From: an uncultured Candidatus Rokubacteria bacterium
Lineage (GTDB): Bacteria; Methylomirabilota; Methylomirabilia; Rokubacteriales; CSP1-6
Direction: 5' to 3'
DNA length: 29,569 nt
Assembly: GCA_963789955.1 (NCBI GenBank)
Contig: CAWBMV010000018.1
Span: 1-29,569 of the forward strand
Shown piece after piece: positions 24,971 to 29,569 of the stretch. Numbering within the stretch: the first letter of the stretch is position 1; each line of letters starts with the position of its first letter. The translations under genes and the position numbers were made by a program. The notes beneath the pieces were generated by a model. That model was not told the origin of the DNA. It did not search any database and saw only the letters and a program-made list of their open reading frames with translations.

Positions 24971-26264
24971 TCGAAGGGCTCGTCGGTCTCACCCTGATGA
25001 TGCTGCTCTGCTGCCTGCGCATCCCGATCTCGTTCTCGATGGCCATCGTGGGCATCGCCGGCTACGCCTACATGCGCGACTGGAACTGGACGGTGGCCTT
25101 CGCGATGACGCAGACCAAGCTCTACGAGACCGGGCGCAACTATACCCTGTCGGTGGTGCCGCTGTTCATCCTGATGGGCAACTTCGTCACCCGCGCCGGG
25201 ATGTCCCAGGAGCTGTTCCGGGCCGCCTATGCGTTCATCGGCCACCTGCGCGGCGGGCTGGCGATGGCCACCGTCTGGGCCTCGGCGGGCTTCGGGGGGA
25301 TTTGCGGCTCGTCCATCGCGACGGCGGCGACCTTCGCCAAGGTCGCCTATCCGTCGATGAAGAAGTTCGGTTACTCGGACCGTCTCGCCGCGGGCGTGGT
25401 CGCCGGCGGCGGCACGCTCGGCATCATGATCCCGCCCTCGACGATCATGGTGATCTACGGCATTTTCACCGAGACCAACATCGGCAAGCTGTTCGCGGCC
25501 GGCGTCATACCGGGCATCGTGGGCGCGATCCTGCTCTGCGGCGCGGTGCAATACATGACCTGGCGCGACCCGAGATCGGGCCCGCCCGGCGAGCGCTCGA
25601 GCTGGCGCGAGCGGTATCTGGCCCTCAAGGACGTGTGGGCGGTGGCGGCGCTGTTTTTCTTCGTGATGGGCGGCATCTATGGCGGCTTGTTCACCGCGAC
25701 CGAGGGCGCCGCCATGGGCGCCTTCGGCGCGATGGTCTTCGCGCTGGCGCGTCGGGCGCTGACCTGGCGGACCCTCTATGCGGCGCTGCTCGAGACGCGC
25801 GCACCACGGCGATGCTGTTCATGATCCTCATCGGCGCCCTGATCTTCGCCGAGTTCGTCAATATCACCACGATGCCCGGCGATCTGAAGAGCTGGGTCAC
25901 GCGGTTCAACGTGAGCCCCACGATGGTCGTCGCGGCGATCTGCGCGATCTACGTCGTCCTCGGCACCGCGATGGAGGAGCTGTCGATGATCCTCCTCACG
26001 ATCCCGGTGTTCTTCCCGGTGATCGTGCATCTGGGCTTCAACCCGATATGGTTCGGGATCATCATCGTGTGCGTGGTCGAGATCGGGCTCATCAGCCCGC
26101 CGGTCGGCATGAACATGTTCGTGCTCCGGACCTTGATCCCCGAGGTCAGCACGTCGACCGTGTTCAGCGGCGTGCTGCCGTTCATGTGGGCCGACGTGGT
26201 CCGGCTCGCGATCCTGGTCGCGTTCCCGTGGCTCTCGCTCTGGCTGCCGAGCATGATGCGGTGA
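24967..26264 (+). CDS. dctM: TRAP transporter large permease with an apparent -1 frameshift near 25797
   Basis: VPLFILMG, GSSIAT, GGTLGIMIPPS and TATEGAA, then in another frame TTAMLFMILIGA...ISPPVGMN. Adding one base gives 432 aa. Confidence 0.9.
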
Positions 26265-26311
26265 AACGTCCCCGGCCGGCCGAGGTGACCCTCTAGATGA
26301 AGGAGACGATC

Positions 26312-27820
26312 ATGCGTGTGCGTTCCGCCGTCGCGATCCTGATCGCCGTGCTCGCCACCGCGGGTTGCGTGACCATCCCGCCGCGCCCGGCCGACCTCAC
26401 GCAGCTCAGCCTCACCGACGCCGCGACCCTGATCCGCGAGGGCATGGTGACGAGCGCCGAGCTGACCCAGGCGTACATCGCGCGCGCCGACGCGAATCCC
26501 GGGCTCAACGCGTACATCGTTTTGGATCGCGCCGGCGCGATGGCCGCGGCGCGCCGTGCCGACGCCGACGTGGTGGCCCGCAAATCGCTCGGGACGCTCC
26601 ACGGGGTGCCGCTGGTCGTGAAGGACAACACGCACGTGGCCGGTCTGCCGAACACGGCGGGCACGCCGGCCCTCCGCGGCTTCGTCCCGAAGGAGAACGC
26701 GCCGACCGTGCAGAAGCTCGTGGACGCGGGCGCGGTCATTCTCGGCAAGACGAACATGCACGAGCTCGCCTTCGGGATCTCCGGCTACAACGAGGGATTC
26801 TTCACCGCCGAGCCGATCGGAACTCGCAATCCGTACGATCGGACACGCATCGCGGGCGGCAGCTCGAGCGGGACGGGCGCCGCGATCGGCGGACGACTGG
26901 CGCCGGGTGGTCTCGGCAGCGACACCGGCGGCTCGGTCCGGATCCCGGCGGCGCTGTCCGGGGGCGCCGGGCTGCGGCCGACCATCGGCCGCTACAGCCA
27001 GGACGGCGTCACGCCGATCTCGCACTCGCGTGACACGGTCGGCCCCATGGGGCAGACGGTCGCGGACGTGGCGCTGCTCGATTCGGTCATCACTGGCGGC
27101 CGCCCGCCGGCGCCGGCGCCGGTGAGCGGCGTGAGGCTCGGCGTCTACCGAGGCTATTTCTTCAAGGATCTCGACGTCGACACGCGCGCCGTGATGGAAG
27201 CGTCGTTCGAGAAGCTCCGGCGGGTCGGCATCACGATCGTCGACGTGGAGATGCCGGATCTGCAGAAGGCGAACGACGCGGCCAGCTTCCCGGTCGCGCT
27301 TTACGAAGCGTATGACGACCTCAACGCCTACCTCGCGAAGTACCAGACCGGCCTCAGCGTCGAGCAGGTCGCCGCCTCGATCGCCAGCAAGGATGTGAAG
27401 GCGACGTACGACGGCCTGGTCGTGCCGCGAAAGCTTCCCGCGCCGAACGGCGTCGTCGACGCGGCGCCGGCGTACGCGGCGGCGATGCGCGACGCGCGCC
27501 CGGCGCTCCTCAAGATCTACACGGACACGTTCCAGCGCTACGGCATCGACGCGCTGATCGGACCGACCACGCCGGCCGTCGCGGCGACGCAGGGCCCCGA
27601 GGCGAGCAGCCTGCCGACCTTCCTGCTGTTCATTCGCAACACGGACCCCGGCAGCAACGCCGGGATTCCCGGACTGACGATTCCCGCGGGGCTCGGGTCG
27701 TCGTCCGGCCTGCCGGTCGGTATCGCGCTCGACGGACCGCGCGGGAGCGATCAGCGTTTGCTCGCGATCGGCCTCGCGATCGAGCGCGTGCTCGGCCGGA
27801 CGCCGCCGCCCGGGCGTTAG
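26312..27820 (+). CDS. Amidase-signature enzyme (indoleacetamide hydrolase-like) with a lipoprotein signal
   Basis: VKDN, GKTNMHE, GGSSSG and GSDTGGSVRIP; lipobox LATAGC; ATG 26312 follows AAGGAG. Confidence 0.9.
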   Translation: MRVRSAVAILIAVLATAGCVTIPPRPADLTQLSLTDAATLIREGMVTSAELTQAYIARADANPGLNAYIVLDRAGAMAAARRADADVVARKSLGTLHGVPLVVKDNTHVAGLPNTAGTPALRGFVPKENAPTVQKLVDAGAVILGKTNMHELAFGISGYNEGFFTAEPIGTRNPYDRTRIAGGSSSGTGAAIGGRLAPGGLGSDTGGSVRIPAALSGGAGLRPTIGRYSQDGVTPISHSRDTVGPMGQTVADVALLDSVITGGRPPAPAPVSGVRLGVYRGYFFKDLDVDTRAVMEASFEKLRRVGITIVDVEMPDLQKANDAASFPVALYEAYDDLNAYLAKYQTGLSVEQVAASIASKDVKATYDGLVVPRKLPAPNGVVDAAPAYAAAMRDARPALLKIYTDTFQRYGIDALIGPTTPAVAATQGPEASSLPTFLLFIRNTDPGSNAGIPGLTIPAGLGSSSGLPVGIALDGPRGSDQRLLAIGLAIERVLGRTPPPGR

Positions 27821-27837
27821 CAGGGAGGTAGACGGCG

Positions 27838-29027
27838 ATGTCAGCTCGAACGTCCGTCCCGGATCCGCAGGACTTTTCGCTCGTCCTCGGCGGCCCGCTC
27901 TTTCAGCTCTGGCGTCGCCTGTTCCTGTCCGGCCCGGCTCTGGAGTTTCTGGTGCGGCGGATGATCGGCGGTCCCACGATCGCCTGGCTGCCGTTGCTCC
28001 TGCTGACCGTGTACCGGGGCCACGCTCTCGGACATGCCGTCGCCGTTCCCTTCCTGTGGGACATCGAGGTCCATGCCCGATATCTCGTGGCCCTTCCCAT
28101 CCTGTTGCTGGCCGAGCTCGTGGTGCATCAGCGGATCCGGGTCATGGTCGGACAATTCGTGGAGACCGGCATCGTCACGCCCGAAGTGCTCCCCCAGTTC
28201 CGGGCGGCGATCGTCCGTGCCATGCGCCTGCGAAATTCTCTGTTCGTCGAGATCGGGATGGTGGTGTTCGTCTTCGGCTTCGGATGGACGTTCTGGCAAG
28301 GTGCGAGCTGGCTCACGCACTCCACCTGGTACGCGATCGTCGACGGTGACCACTACCGTCTGACGACCGCGGGCCGATGGTACGTCTACGTGAGCATTCC
28401 GATCTTTCAGTTTCTGCTCCTCCGGTGGTACTTCCGGGTCGTCGTCTGGTTTGTCTTTCTCCGGAGCGTGGCGCGCCTGCCGCTGCGCCTCATCCCAACG
28501 CATCCCGACCGGGCGGGGGGCCTGGGGTTTCTGGGGTTGGCGGCGGTCACGTTCGTCCCGGTCATCGTGGCGCAGAGCGTGACGATGTCGGCTGTCATCG
28601 GCACCCGCATTCTCTTTCACGGCAAGACTCTGGTCTCGTTCCAGTACGAGCTGGCGGCGTTCCTCATCCTGCAGCTGCTCCTGGTTTGGGGCCGCCGTGC
28701 GTGTTCATGGGGACGCTGCTCGATCTCAAGCGTCGAGGACGGCGCGAGTATGGGGTGCTGGCCGCTCGCTACACGTCCGAGTTCCACGCGAAGTGGATCG
28801 AGCGGGGCGCGCCGCCCGGCGAGCCGCTGCTGGGTAGCGCCGACATCCAGTCGCTCGCGGACCTCGCCAACAGCTATGCCGTCTTGAGTGAAATGAAACC
28901 GGTGCCCTTCGGCCGGGACACGATCGTGATGGTGGTCGGCGCGGCGGCCATCCCGCTCCTACCGCTGTTGCTCTCGGTCGTGCCGGCGGACGCGATCTTC
29001 AAGAGCCTGCTCGGCCTGCTGCTGTAG
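27838..29027 (+). CDS. Hypothetical multi-TM membrane protein with an apparent -1 frameshift near 28686
   Basis: SD GGAGG; FSLVLGGPLFQL and PTHPDRAGGLGFL, continuing in another frame as LGPPCVF...LLGSADIQSLADLANSY. Adding one T in the T-run gives 396 aa. Confidence 0.75.
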
Positions 29028-29055
29028 CCGAGCGTAGCGTTCGCCGCAGCTCGGC
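29027..29055. terminator. Possible hairpin between convergent genes
   Basis: GCCGAGC...GCTCGGC stem; no U-tract. Confidence 0.3.
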
Positions 29056-29060
29056 GCGCC

Positions 29061-29569
29061 TCACCGAGCCGGGCGAAGCTGCGACGCGATGACGAACGCG
29101 GCGAGCGGCGCCGCGACGAAGCACCCGAAGAGCCACGCGCCGGCGAGCGCCGCCGCCGGCGGTGATGCGCCGGCGGCCAGGCCGGCCGCGTTGGCGATGA
29201 CGCCGGACAGCGCGGCCCCGAGGGCGACGGCGAAGAGCTGGGTGCTCGGAATCATCGACGCCGTCAACGCGCCTTCGTCGGGGCGCGCGGACGACAGGAT
29301 GGCCGTGCCGATGTGGGCCCAGCACGTCCCGATGCCGACGCCGACCAGCATGAGCGACACCGCGATCGCGACGACCGGCCCCGAGCTGATCGTGAAGAAG
29401 AGGCCGACGAATCCGGTCGCGGTCAGGACCGGACCGAGCATGATCACCGTGTGCGCCCGCGCCGGCGAGACGCGCGCGCTCAGGAGTGTGCCTGCCGTCC
29501 ACGACAGCGACTGGACCGCGTAGAGATAGCCCGCGCCCGCGGGTGTCACGTCGTGCAGCACCTGCACGA
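29061..29569 (-). CDS. MFS transporter, 3' part (truncated by the window edge)
   Basis: Hydrophobic helices; QVLHDVTPAGAG, LVGVGIG and QLFAVALGAALSGVI. Confidence 0.8.
   Translation of the reverse strand, partial: VQVLHDVTPAGAGYLYAVQSLSWTAGTLLSARVSPARAHTVIMLGPVLTATGFVGLFFTISSGPVVAIAVSLMLVGVGIGTCWAHIGTAILSSARPDEGALTASMIPSTQLFAVALGAALSGVIANAAGLAAGASPPAAALAGAWLFGCFVAAPLAAFVIASQLRPAR

Noticed and set aside
25790..25805. Programmed frameshifting in dctM, the membrane protein or the rhodanese
   Set aside because: No slippery heptamer or stimulatory structure seen; scattered single-base indels fit sequencing error.

Overview
High-GC bacterial window. The gene content (ABC_sub_bind protein, LLM oxidoreductases, class III CoA-transferase, amidohydrolase, TRAP system) resembles soil Candidatus Rokubacteria/Methylomirabilota genomes; this is inference only. 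Left part (175-9743): a hopanoid side-chain modification cluster. A minus-strand operon of sulfotransferase, hpnI, hpnJ, bifunctional sat/cysC (PAPS synthase) and an hpnL-like gene lies divergent from the hpnN MMPL transporter. The PAPS synthase sits where hpnK is normally found, which suggests a pathway for a sulfated hopanoid glycolipid; this is the best candidate for an undescribed system here. Middle (9727-14651): an extended CopD-like protein, two tandem DUF2846-like lipoprotein paralogs, a DUF2279-like protein, and a broken ABC substrate-binding gene bracketed by a ~50-bp duplication of the 3' end of the neighbouring CoA-transferase gene. Right (14674-29569): CoA-transferase, PIG-L deacetylase, four-domain rhodanese, AlaX, two LLM enzymes, HTD2/MaoC-like dehydratase, CMD protein, amidohydrolase, TRAP dctPQM, lipoprotein amidase, a membrane protein and a partial MFS gene. 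Several single-base frameshifts are probably long-read sequencing errors. No tRNA, rRNA, CRISPR array, integrase or transposase was seen.
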